A stretch of DNA of 52,253 nt from Pseudomonadales bacterium (GTDB lineage: Bacteria > Pseudomonadota > Gammaproteobacteria > Pseudomonadales > IMCC2047), in NCBI GenBank assembly GCA_021736745.1, contig JAIPFG010000001.1, forward strand, positions 1-52,253, read 5' to 3'. This document shows positions 36,765 to 45,485 of this stretch, in pieces (position 1 is the first letter of the stretch; every line of letters starts with the position of its first letter). The notes under the pieces are model-generated. The model was given only the letters and a program-made list of their open reading frames with translations, was not told where the DNA came from and did no database searches. The translations under genes and the position numbers were made by a program.

Positions 36765-37412
36765 TTAGGGCTTAGTGCAAACACGTTGAAAGCCAGCCGC
36801 AATAAAAGGAATCATGTGGTCATAGGCTGCCCTAAAGTCAGTTGACTTACAAAGTCCCTTGGACAGTTTGTCGATGCGTCCGGTTTGTGCCAAGGTAAGG
36901 GTGAGTGCACCTGACAGGTTGTGATAGCACCAATAAATATCTTCTTCCTTAGCGCCGGGCAAAGCCTTCTTAAGCGCCTCGATAAATCGTGTGACCAGTG
37001 GGTCAAAATATTTGCTCATTAACTCCTTACCCCAAATAGGTGAGTTGTTGATATAGGCGACAAGCGCGAGATAGTGTTTCCAACCAGGATCAGCATTTTC
37101 CTGTTCCATTTCGAGTGGCCGCAAAAAAGCTTCAATAATTTTCTCAACGCTGGGGCCTTCCGTTCCGGATTCGGACTGGCATTTGAGTAACGCCTCCAGA
37201 CGCTCCTCATTCAGTATTTCAGCACGACGTAAAAAGACTGCATCGAATAATTCACGTTTTTTGCCAAAGTGGTAGCTGGCGAGGGCGACATCAACCTGCG
37301 CTTGGGCGGCAATCTGGCGTATGGTGACACCGTCAAAGCCATGCAAAGCAAAGAGTTCTTCCGCTGCATCAAGAATACGTTCTTTTTTTGATCTCTTTTG
37401 AGCGTTGTTCAT
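36765..37412 (-). CDS. TetR/AcrR-family transcriptional regulator
   Basis: N-terminal HTH ILDAAEELFALHGFDGVTIRQIAAQAQVDVALASYHFGKK. I prefer the ATG at 37412. The ORF track uses a TTG at 37424. Confidence 0.9.
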   Translation of the reverse strand: MNNAQKRSKKERILDAAEELFALHGFDGVTIRQIAAQAQVDVALASYHFGKKRELFDAVFLRRAEILNEERLEALLKCQSESGTEGPSVEKIIEAFLRPLEMEQENADPGWKHYLALVAYINNSPIWGKELMSKYFDPLVTRFIEALKKALPGAKEEDIYWCYHNLSGALTLTLAQTGRIDKLSKGLCKSTDFRAAYDHMIPFIAAGFQRVCTKP

Positions 37413-37441
37413 CGGTTTTTCCAAAAGAATATTTCAGGTCT

Positions 37442-37488
37442 TTAATAAGGCTTTATCCAGTGGTTGACAAAATTCAACAAATGTTGAA
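37442..37488. promoter_or_regulatory. Divergent promoter region with palindromic operator TTCAACAAATGTTGAA (37473-37488)
   Basis: Overlapping -35 hexamers: TTGACA on + at 37464-69, and TTGTCA on - at 37465-70 with a 17 nt spacer to TATTAA (37442-47). The operator abuts these. The same palindrome recurs at 41721, 41754 and 42019. Confidence 0.5.
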
Positions 37489-37536
37489 AACTGGGCTCTT
37501 CACATCATACCACAACTGATATAGAGGTCGAAGGAC

Positions 37537-39009
37537 GTGTCCCCAGAACTGTTTAAGTATCTTGTCACCGGTGTCTATGTCATCGCAACTTTTGTACTCT
37601 CCTGGATCGGAATGCGGCGAACTAATGACTTGCGCGGATTCTCCATCGGCAATAAGGATATGAATCCCTATCTGATTGGCGTTACTCTCGCGGCTTCCAT
37701 TGCTTCGACGGCAACCTTTGTTATCAACCCAGGTTTTGTTTACATCCATGGTCTGTCTGCCTTTCTGCATTATGGGGTGGCGGCATCATCCGGCATATTA
37801 GCCGCTTTTTTGATTCTCACCCGAGGATTTTTACGACTGGGGGATCAACATGGGGCGTTAACCATTCCGGAATGGATTTACCATCGCTACCAGCACCGTG
37901 GGTTTAGTTTGTTCTTTGCCTTTATTAATTTGCTTTCGATAACATTTGTCGTATTGATTCTGGTGGGCTGTAGTTTGCTGATGATGAGTCTTTTTGGTAT
38001 CGAGCGTGAAACTGCTTTGATATTGATTCTGCTCTTTGTTTTTTCCTACGTGCTGATGGGTGGTACCTATGCCCATGCTTATACCAATACCTTGCAGGGC
38101 GTGATGATGCTGGGCATCAGTTTGTTTCTGTTTATTAATGGTTTTAAATATTTTGATGACGGTATTCTTACGTCACTGGAACAATTAGGAGCCAATTACG
38201 CAAAGGTTTACAACCCCGATAGTAATCTCTACTACGATTTTTTCTCCGTATTTGGCAGTGGTTTTATCATTACTTTCGCGCTGATGTTGCAGCCCCATAT
38301 CCTGACCAAAACTCTGTATTTGCGTCACGAAGGGGATATTAATAAATTCATTATTACAACGGTGGTTGTCGGTTTTTGTTTTGCCTTGATGCTGATGCTG
38401 GGTTTCTATGCGCAAATGGCCGGTGTTGATGTTTCCAGTCAGGACCGAGTGGTGACAGAATATTTATTGGTAGAATTTTCCGGCTCCCATTGGGGACAAT
38501 ATATTTTGACCTTTGTTTTTATCACTTTACTTGCAGCCGGTATGAGTACCCTGGATGGCATTCTGGTTTCTCTCTCGGCAATGGTCGTTAACGATATTTA
38601 TCAACCCCTGTTTGGCGACAGTAACGGCCGTCATGGACTGTTGCTGTCACGTATTGTGTTGGTGCTGGTGGGTATTATTGCCGGTTTGTTGGCTTGGAAG
38701 CCACCTGAACTGGTAGGACTTTTTGCGCAAAAAGGGGTTTATGGCTTGGCCGCCGCGTCATTGGTGCCTCTCCTGTTTGGGGTAATGATCAAGCGCCAAC
38801 TACCACTATGGGTTATCGCTATGTGCGCTTTTTCCGCGCTGGCTATTCATCTCGTGTTTAATCTTTTCATGGGTGTCGCTAACCCGGCAGTTTCTGCCAG
38901 CTATGCAATTCTTATTTCATTTACCATGGGATTAGTTTCGCTTTGGGTGTTACCGTTGTTCGCTAAACCTAAAGTGCCCAAAGTGATAAATGAACCGGAG
39001 TCCCCTTAA
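37537..39009 (+). CDS. Sodium:solute symporter (SSS) family transporter
   Basis: 490 aa with about 13 TM helices. The N-terminal pattern and overall layout are typical of the PutP/PanF/ActP-type SSS family. GTG start. Confidence 0.8.
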   Translation: MSPELFKYLVTGVYVIATFVLSWIGMRRTNDLRGFSIGNKDMNPYLIGVTLAASIASTATFVINPGFVYIHGLSAFLHYGVAASSGILAAFLILTRGFLRLGDQHGALTIPEWIYHRYQHRGFSLFFAFINLLSITFVVLILVGCSLLMMSLFGIERETALILILLFVFSYVLMGGTYAHAYTNTLQGVMMLGISLFLFINGFKYFDDGILTSLEQLGANYAKVYNPDSNLYYDFFSVFGSGFIITFALMLQPHILTKTLYLRHEGDINKFIITTVVVGFCFALMLMLGFYAQMAGVDVSSQDRVVTEYLLVEFSGSHWGQYILTFVFITLLAAGMSTLDGILVSLSAMVVNDIYQPLFGDSNGRHGLLLSRIVLVLVGIIAGLLAWKPPELVGLFAQKGVYGLAAASLVPLLFGVMIKRQLPLWVIAMCAFSALAIHLVFNLFMGVANPAVSASYAILISFTMGLVSLWVLPLFAKPKVPKVINEPESP

Positions 39010-39243
39010 CCCGTCAATCAGGACGTGAAGGCCTAAAAGCATACTTTCGCGATACGTCGTTATATCACAGACAATCAGATAATGTCAGTTTGAACAACGG
39101 GCTGCTATGTTGGGGACTTTAAGGTTGATTTCCACACGGCCTGTGTTGAGATAATGTGAAAGTTGGCCGCTCCTCGAACCACTAAACTTTCCGGAGGAAG
39201 GTCGGAGAAGGCAATAACCGTTTTGGAGTCATGCATCGGCCAT

Positions 39244-39269
39244 AAAAAAAGGGGGCTGAATTAGCCCCC
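39244..39269 (-). terminator. Rho-independent terminator of the TonB receptor gene
   Basis: On the minus strand: GGGGGCTAATTCAGCCCCC followed by TTTTTTT, 22 nt after the stop at 39292. Confidence 0.8.
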
Positions 39270-39291
39270 GTTAGGTTCTGCAAGAGGTATC

Positions 39292-41589
39292 TTAGAACTG
39301 GTAGGAAACCCCTAAAGTCCAGGTTCTCGGTGGGCCATAGAACGCGAGTTCACCCGACCCCAGATTGTAGCCTCCGGTTTTATATTCTTTATCTTCAATA
39401 TTCTTCAAATAAAGACTCACCTGCCAGTGTTCATCGACAGAAAGCCAGTTGGCACTAGCGTCCCACAGGGTGTAAGAATCATCTTGATCGCAAGTACAGG
39501 TCACATTGTTGAAGTTTCGAGAGCCATCGCGATAAGCCACTGCCGTATTCAATGCAAGAGAGCCGGCGTTACCGAAGTCGAAATGGTAATTTAACCCCAA
39601 CTGTCCGGTCCAGTCTGGTGCGTTGAGCATTTCCCAGGTATCGGACACATCGACACCGGCTGAAATCACTTCGATTAACTCGGCGTTCATTTGGCCAACT
39701 GACAAAGAAATATTGAAAGCCTCTGTGACCTGCGCCAGCGCCTCAACTTCGAAGCCTTTGATTTCCGCGGTACCGGCATTCACGACGTCGGATGAGAAGA
39801 AAACAGGTGCCGGCTGAGCCGTTTGAACGGTTAGCTGCATATCGTCGTAGTCCATGTCGAATAGAGTGATGTTTAAGCGTAACCGATCATTGAACAATTG
39901 GCTTTTAATACCAACTTCCAAGGTTTCTACTGTCTCTGGATCGTAACCATTAGCGACATTCGGGTTAAGTGCCGCATTACCCCGCATATCAAAACCACCG
40001 GATTTGAATCCTTCCGCGTAGCTGACATAAACCATAATATCTTCTGTAATTTTCCAATCGACCTTGATCGAAGGACTGACTTCGCTCCAGCTGTCATCGG
40101 CTTCATCATCACTGATATTGGTAGAAGCCCCTAAGAAAACATCATCCGCAGGATTACCAAAGGTAAAGCCTGAACCTTGTGTCGTAGTGTAAGGGAATGA
40201 ATTACTGGTGATATAGGATATCCGCTGGATATTGGAGTTTTTGTCATCGCGGGTAACACGAGCGCCTGCGGTGATCGTGATCGTTTCGGTGAGATTAAAA
40301 CTACCGTTAAAATAAGCAGATAAACTTTCGGTATCGACATCACCGCCGATCGCCAGATCAAAATGATTCCCATCCATATAGGGAGGCGCGTTTAGCACGA
40401 CGTCAAATGCGCCGGCGGAATTACCTTCAAAATAATAAATACCTCCGACCAGAGTAAAGCGCTCAGCGGTGTAATTTACCTGAAGTTCATGGGATTGTTG
40501 TTCATCCGAATATTTGGCGGGAACATCAAAGGCATCCAAGGGTGTTGATTCAAAATCAATAAACTGCTGTGTTTCACCTTCGCGGTCGGCATACACATAC
40601 TTGATAGAAAGCGCATCATTAATGTCATATTTAGCGGTAATAGAAAACCCTTCGTTCTCGACATTAGACTTATGAGAAGTCCCACAGGCGCCATCATAGG
40701 GATCGCTCGATGCGAGAAATGGCAAACCGGTTGCAGGGTGGGTCAACAGTGTTTGGCTGGACTGGGAGCCGCAGAGTTGGTTGGACTCGTCATCTGTTTT
40801 GTCGGCGGCGAAACGTAAAAAAAGCTTTTCGGTGGGTGTGTATTCAACATTCAGACGATAGACCAAGACATCTTTTTCATAGTTTTCTTCGCTATCGGTG
40901 AAAGTGCCAGTGGCTATATCGTAACCCGTATCCACATCACCGTAACCATCCCGATCCATCTTGGCAACAGCGGCGCCAACATAGAGTTGATTTTCGATCA
41001 GGGGTAATTGGCCGGAGATCATGACGTCCTGCTGATTATCTGTGCCAACGGCCAGTTTTATTTTAGCGGTGGCGTCTCCGGTCATTTTTTTAGTAATGTA
41101 TTTTAGCGCACCGCCGACGGTATTTTTTCCATAAAGGGTACCCTGTGGACCCCGCAGGATTTCGATACGATCGACATCAAAAACTTCTAATACGGCGGCT
41201 TGGGGGCGTGCGTAATAGACATCGTCAACATAAACCCCGACGCCAGGTTCGAAGCCCCAGAGGGGGTCTTGCTGGCCGACTCCACGGATATAGGCGGTTA
41301 AGGTTGAGTTGGTTGCGCGACTGGCGCGTAGCTGTGTATTCGGTGAGCTTTTTTCCAGGTCGATAATGCTGGTGTACCCTTTATTCTCCAATTCTAAAGC
41401 GCTGAATGCCGTAATGGAAACAGGCACTTCTTGCTGGTTTTGCTCACGTTTTTGTGCAGTGACAATGATCTCCTCCAGACTGGGGTTGCTACCCTCTTTA
41501 GCCCAGCTAATACCCGGATTGATTGCCGCGATACTGGTGGCAGCGATAAATGTGACAAGTGGTTTCTTGCTGAGATGTGAAATATTCAT
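39292..41589 (-). CDS. TonB-dependent outer-membrane receptor
   Basis: Signal peptide, plug (EEIIVTAQKRE...DRIEILRGPQGTLYGKNTVGG), and C-terminal GVSYQF. Confidence 0.9.
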   Translation of the reverse strand: MNISHLSKKPLVTFIAATSIAAINPGISWAKEGSNPSLEEIIVTAQKREQNQQEVPVSITAFSALELENKGYTSIIDLEKSSPNTQLRASRATNSTLTAYIRGVGQQDPLWGFEPGVGVYVDDVYYARPQAAVLEVFDVDRIEILRGPQGTLYGKNTVGGALKYITKKMTGDATAKIKLAVGTDNQQDVMISGQLPLIENQLYVGAAVAKMDRDGYGDVDTGYDIATGTFTDSEENYEKDVLVYRLNVEYTPTEKLFLRFAADKTDDESNQLCGSQSSQTLLTHPATGLPFLASSDPYDGACGTSHKSNVENEGFSITAKYDINDALSIKYVYADREGETQQFIDFESTPLDAFDVPAKYSDEQQSHELQVNYTAERFTLVGGIYYFEGNSAGAFDVVLNAPPYMDGNHFDLAIGGDVDTESLSAYFNGSFNLTETITITAGARVTRDDKNSNIQRISYITSNSFPYTTTQGSGFTFGNPADDVFLGASTNISDDEADDSWSEVSPSIKVDWKITEDIMVYVSYAEGFKSGGFDMRGNAALNPNVANGYDPETVETLEVGIKSQLFNDRLRLNITLFDMDYDDMQLTVQTAQPAPVFFSSDVVNAGTAEIKGFEVEALAQVTEAFNISLSVGQMNAELIEVISAGVDVSDTWEMLNAPDWTGQLGLNYHFDFGNAGSLALNTAVAYRDGSRNFNNVTCTCDQDDSYTLWDASANWLSVDEHWQVSLYLKNIEDKEYKTGGYNLGSGELAFYGPPRTWTLGVSYQF

Positions 41590-41720
41590 AATACACCTAT
41601 TTTCGAGCCTGAAATTTAAACTTGCTTGCTACCTGGGTTTAGGTAGTCAAGCCCCCCCGCGAAAGCAGTTCTCTTGTCTTGTAAAACGGAGCATCAAGGG
41701 CCGCTGCTTTAACATAAAAA

Positions 41721-41776
41721 TTCAACAAACGTTGAATAATTAACGCAACGATATTCAACACCTGTTGAAATGTCAA
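41721..41776 (-). promoter_or_regulatory. Promoter of TonB receptor gene with two palindromic operators
   Basis: On the minus strand: TTGACA (41771-76), a 17 nt spacer, then TATCGT (41748-53). Operator TTCAACACCTGTTGAA (41754-69) fills the spacer. Operator TTCAACAAACGTTGAA (41721-36) lies 11 nt downstream of the -10. Confidence 0.55.
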
Positions 41777-41979
41777 GTTATATAGAAAGTTATCAAAAGC
41801 TTTTTTATAGCCATCATTTGTTCTTCCTTTGCATTTTTTTGTATCAGACGGTGATTATCTAATAAGAAAATCGATCCGGTTCAGAAATATCAGGATACCG
41901 GTTATTGATGGTGGCGTAATGGAACTTGAGCCATTCGCGTGAAATCAGACGTATTCTATATTTGGAGTACTCTTGATGC

Positions 41980-42034
41980 TTGACATTTAATCCTTGGTTG
42001 AATAATGTATTTATAAATTTCAACAAACGTTGAA
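41980..42034 (+). promoter_or_regulatory. Promoter of acyl-CoA synthetase operon with one degenerate and one exact palindromic operator
   Basis: TTGACA (41980-85), a 17 nt spacer, then TAATGT (42003-08). The spacer holds TTAATC-CTTG-GTTGAA (41987-42002, 10/12 match). The exact TTCAACAAACGTTGAA (42019-34) lies 10 nt downstream of the -10. Confidence 0.55.
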
Positions 42035-42141
42035 TTTATAGTCTTGACTCTTCTGACTCTCGTCTAAGCGTTCAATTCGGCGTGAGTAGAGAGAATAAAT
42101 AATTAGAACCTGAAACGTTTTTATATTGTCGTCTTTGTTTT

Positions 42142-43734
42142 TTGGAGAAACATAGCGTGAAATCAATTCAATCCCCAGCGCCTCTGCTGCCAGAAATACT
42201 TTATTTGCATAGCAAATGGTTAGGGACTAAGGAGGCTGTGATTTGTGGCGATCGACGTCTGAGCTGGATGGAGTTTGGGGCGCGAATTAATGCGGTAGCG
42301 AACAGTTTTATCGCCCAGGGATTGCAAACTGGCGACAAGGTCATCGTGCTCATGGGCAACGGCTTACCAATGCTGGAAACGCTATTTGGCATAATGGTGT
42401 CTGGCGGTGTTTCTGTTCCGATTAACCTGTCTGTTTCGACGGAGGGTTTGAATAATATGATCAAGGACGCTGCCGCAAAGTTTGTCGTGGCAACGGGAGA
42501 TCAGTTTCAGCGTATTGAATCAATGGCAGCGGACCTACCGGAAGATCATTGTTCTGTTCGTATAGTCGCCCAGGGAAACCCGGAGAGCGGCATTGTTAAG
42601 GGCTGGGTAGATTATGAAAAGTTTGTTGCCGCTGGATCACCGTATTTTCCAGATGTTGCGATACAGCCTACGGACTACCTTAATGTCATTTATAGTTCAG
42701 GAACCACCGGGTTACCTAAGGGCATTGTACATACGCATCAGGGACGTCGCGATTGGGCTTATGATATGGCCATTGCCTTGCGCTATCATGGCAGTGCAAA
42801 AACGCTGCTTACCATTGGCCTGTATTCCAATATTTCTTGGGTTGCCATGTTAACAACGTTGCTGGCAGGGGGTACTTTGGTGATCCATCAGCATTTTGAT
42901 GCAAGACAGTTTTTGCGCACGGTGGAGGAAGAACGCATTACCCATACTGCCATGGTACCGATTCAGTTCCAACGGGTGATCGAGGCCTACCAGGAGCAAT
43001 CCAGCGACCTTTCATCAATGCAGGCAATGATGGCTTGTGGTTCGCCTTTGTTTGAGCCCCTGAAAAAAGCCATATTTGAGGTTTTCTCCTGTGGCATTAT
43101 TGAACTCTATGGCCTGACGGAAGGCATTATCACGACACTTGAACCGGAAGAGGCCGAAGGTCGATGGACTTCTGTAGGCAAACCGCTGATTGGCACGGAT
43201 ATCAAAATCCTGGGAGACGATGACCTGGAAGTGGCACCAGGAATGAGTGGCGAAATAGTTTCCCGCGGAAGGATTAGCATGCCGGGTTATCTTAATCGGC
43301 CGGACGCCACAGAGGAAGCCATTTGGTTGGATGAGGCCGGGCGACAATGGCTTCGTTCAGGCGATATCGGAAGAATTGATGAGCAGGGTTATCTGTATAT
43401 TGTCGACCGTAAAAAAGACATGATTTTATCCGGTGGACAAAACATTTATCCGCAGGATATCGAAGCGGTATTGATTCAGCATGAGGCGGTGAATGAAGTG
43501 GCGGTGATTGGCGCGCAGAGTCGTCGCTGGGGAGAGACGCCAATTGCCATTGTCGTGCCTGAGACAAGTTCTATCGGTTCACCTGACGAAATTCTTGAGT
43601 GGTGTAATGCGCAATTGGGTAGGCAGCAACGTATTACCGATTTGATTTTGACCAATGCTTTACCGCGCAATCCCAATGGCAAAATACTGAAGCGCGAACT
43701 GCGCATCCAGTACGGAGAAAAAGTGTATGACTGA
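42142..43734 (+). CDS. Acyl-CoA synthetase / class I adenylate-forming enzyme
   Basis: YSSGTTGLPKG, YGLTE, SGDIG, and the C-terminal NPNGKILK lysine motif. The start is TTG at 42142 or GTG at 42157. Confidence 0.9.
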   Translation: MEKHSVKSIQSPAPLLPEILYLHSKWLGTKEAVICGDRRLSWMEFGARINAVANSFIAQGLQTGDKVIVLMGNGLPMLETLFGIMVSGGVSVPINLSVSTEGLNNMIKDAAAKFVVATGDQFQRIESMAADLPEDHCSVRIVAQGNPESGIVKGWVDYEKFVAAGSPYFPDVAIQPTDYLNVIYSSGTTGLPKGIVHTHQGRRDWAYDMAIALRYHGSAKTLLTIGLYSNISWVAMLTTLLAGGTLVIHQHFDARQFLRTVEEERITHTAMVPIQFQRVIEAYQEQSSDLSSMQAMMACGSPLFEPLKKAIFEVFSCGIIELYGLTEGIITTLEPEEAEGRWTSVGKPLIGTDIKILGDDDLEVAPGMSGEIVSRGRISMPGYLNRPDATEEAIWLDEAGRQWLRSGDIGRIDEQGYLYIVDRKKDMILSGGQNIYPQDIEAVLIQHEAVNEVAVIGAQSRRWGETPIAIVVPETSSIGSPDEILEWCNAQLGRQQRITDLILTNALPRNPNGKILKRELRIQYGEKVYD

Positions 43735-44611
43735 ATATCAGGATGTCTGGTATCCATCGGAGGATGGATTAACTCTGTATGCCCGGGATTATGAGCATCC
43801 CAAGGCCAGTCTTAATCTTCTCTGTATGCATGGCTTAACCCGCAATTCTGCAGACTTTGAAGCACTCTGTGATCATTTACATCCGCGTTATCGTCTGGTC
43901 GTGGTAGATCAGCGCGGGCGAGGTCGATCTGAGTATGACCCCGTAACCAGTAACTATCATCCGGGTACTTATGTGAAGGATATGTTCAGGCTGATTGAGC
44001 ATTTAAATCTCGATAATCTGGTGCTGATCGGCACTTCCCTGGGTGGATTGATGGCTATGATAATGGCAAGCCTGTTACCGGGAAAATTCAAGGGTGTGGT
44101 GTTAAATGATATTGGGCCAGTAATTGAGGCGGAGGGCATTTCCCGTATTCAGGGCTATGTTGGGAAAGGCTTGCCGGTAACAAATTGGGATGAAGCAATC
44201 GCCCAGGCACGCGCCATTAATGGTGCTGCGCTGATTGATTATAGCGAAGAGGACTGGTGGAATTTTGCACGTAAACTCTATCGTGAAAATGAAGAAGGCG
44301 TACCCGTTCTGAATTATGACCCTGCAATTGCCGAGCTGATGAATAACAGCCAGGCAAAGGCGGTACCGCCGGACTTATGGTTTGCCTTTGACGCGCTAAA
44401 AAATACGCCTTGCTTGGTTGTTCGGGGGGAAAGCTCAGATATTCTGAGTAAAGGCTGTGTCGAGGAAATGCAGCGTCGAAAATCGGATCTTCAGGTAGTG
44501 GAAATTGTTAACCGTGGACATGCGCCGATGTTGGATGAACCGCAAGCACTTGCTGCCGTCGATCAGTTTATGCAGGGAGTGGAGAAATCAGTAACAAAAT
44601 CCTTATCCTAA
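43727..44611 (+). CDS. Alpha/beta-fold hydrolase
   Basis: HGLTRNSADF, DQRGRGRS, the nucleophile elbow GTSLGG, and a C-terminal GHAPML. 8 nt overlap with the upstream ligase gene. Confidence 0.85.
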   Translation: MTEYQDVWYPSEDGLTLYARDYEHPKASLNLLCMHGLTRNSADFEALCDHLHPRYRLVVVDQRGRGRSEYDPVTSNYHPGTYVKDMFRLIEHLNLDNLVLIGTSLGGLMAMIMASLLPGKFKGVVLNDIGPVIEAEGISRIQGYVGKGLPVTNWDEAIAQARAINGAALIDYSEEDWWNFARKLYRENEEGVPVLNYDPAIAELMNNSQAKAVPPDLWFAFDALKNTPCLVVRGESSDILSKGCVEEMQRRKSDLQVVEIVNRGHAPMLDEPQALAAVDQFMQGVEKSVTKSLS

Positions 44612-44682
44612 GCTTTTCCCTGTGGCTAACGTTATTTCATTATTGAGTAGCATTAGGACGGGCTTATTGATGACATTTTTGA

Positions 44683-45345
44683 TTAACGTTTACGCGCCAA
44701 AGTCAGTCCGTCACCAATAGGTATCAGGCTAATATCAACACGCTCATCCTTGAGTAACTGCCCGTTAAAGGTACGGATGGCACAGGTGTCAATATCCTGC
44801 TTATCCGGATTGATCACGTTGCCATTCCAAAGTACGTTGTCGACGGCGATCAGTCCTCCGGGGCGCACCAGAGTTAAGCAGCGTTCGTAATAATTCTGAT
44901 AGTTCTCTTTATCCGCATCGATAAAGGCAAAATCAAATTGATCCTGTTGGCCTTCGCACAATAGGTTGTCGAGAGTCTTTAAGGCGGGAGCCAGGCGTAA
45001 ATCTATTTTGTGTGCAACGCCCGCTTGCTGCCAGTAACGTTGGGCGATATTGGTCCAGCCTTCATCAATATCGCAGGCGATAATCTGTCCGTTATCGGGT
45101 AGCGCCGCAGCGACACATAAAGCGCTGTAACCGGTAAAGACGCCAACCTCAACGGTTCTTCTGGCGCCCAGCAATTTAATCAGCAGCGCCATAAATTGCC
45201 CTTGTTCCGGAGAAATCTGCATGCGCGCCAATTCTTCCTTGGCGGTTTCTTCGCGTAAGGCTTTCAGTAAGTCCGTTTCCCTGACGGAAACGGATTGAAG
45301 ATATTGGTGTAACTCCGGTGTGACCTGAATCGTGAAATGGCTCAT
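44683..45345 (-). CDS. Class I SAM-dependent O-methyltransferase (family 3, CCoAOMT-like)
   Basis: SAM motif VEVGVFTGYSAL, ACDIDE, and the metal/acceptor region FDFAFIDADKENY. Confidence 0.85.
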   Translation of the reverse strand: MSHFTIQVTPELHQYLQSVSVRETDLLKALREETAKEELARMQISPEQGQFMALLIKLLGARRTVEVGVFTGYSALCVAAALPDNGQIIACDIDEGWTNIAQRYWQQAGVAHKIDLRLAPALKTLDNLLCEGQQDQFDFAFIDADKENYQNYYERCLTLVRPGGLIAVDNVLWNGNVINPDKQDIDTCAIRTFNGQLLKDERVDISLIPIGDGLTLARKR

Positions 45346-45485
45346 AAGAAGTACCGCACAGATGAATCTCAGAATCAGTAAATTAATCTCAAATTACTGA
45401 GCCTTAGGGTTTTTGGTTTAGCCTCAAAGCATATAGAATGTTGTGCTTTACAGCAATTTGTCTTGGGTTTAAATCGGAATTAACT

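Noticed and set aside
33531-37424. Calling the TetR + AcuI-like arrangement an acrylate/DMSP catabolic locus (by analogy with acuR-acuI in Rhodobacter)
   Set aside because: No ddd, dmd, prpE or acuN/K genes are present, and four unrelated genes separate the regulator and reductase. The analogy is too thin to assert.
39100-39235. 43 aa minus-strand ORF (MHDSKTVIAFSDLPP...) in the convergent gap after the symporter
   Set aside because: It has no Shine-Dalgarno sequence and starts immediately after a strong terminator. It has no recognisable motif and is too short to support.
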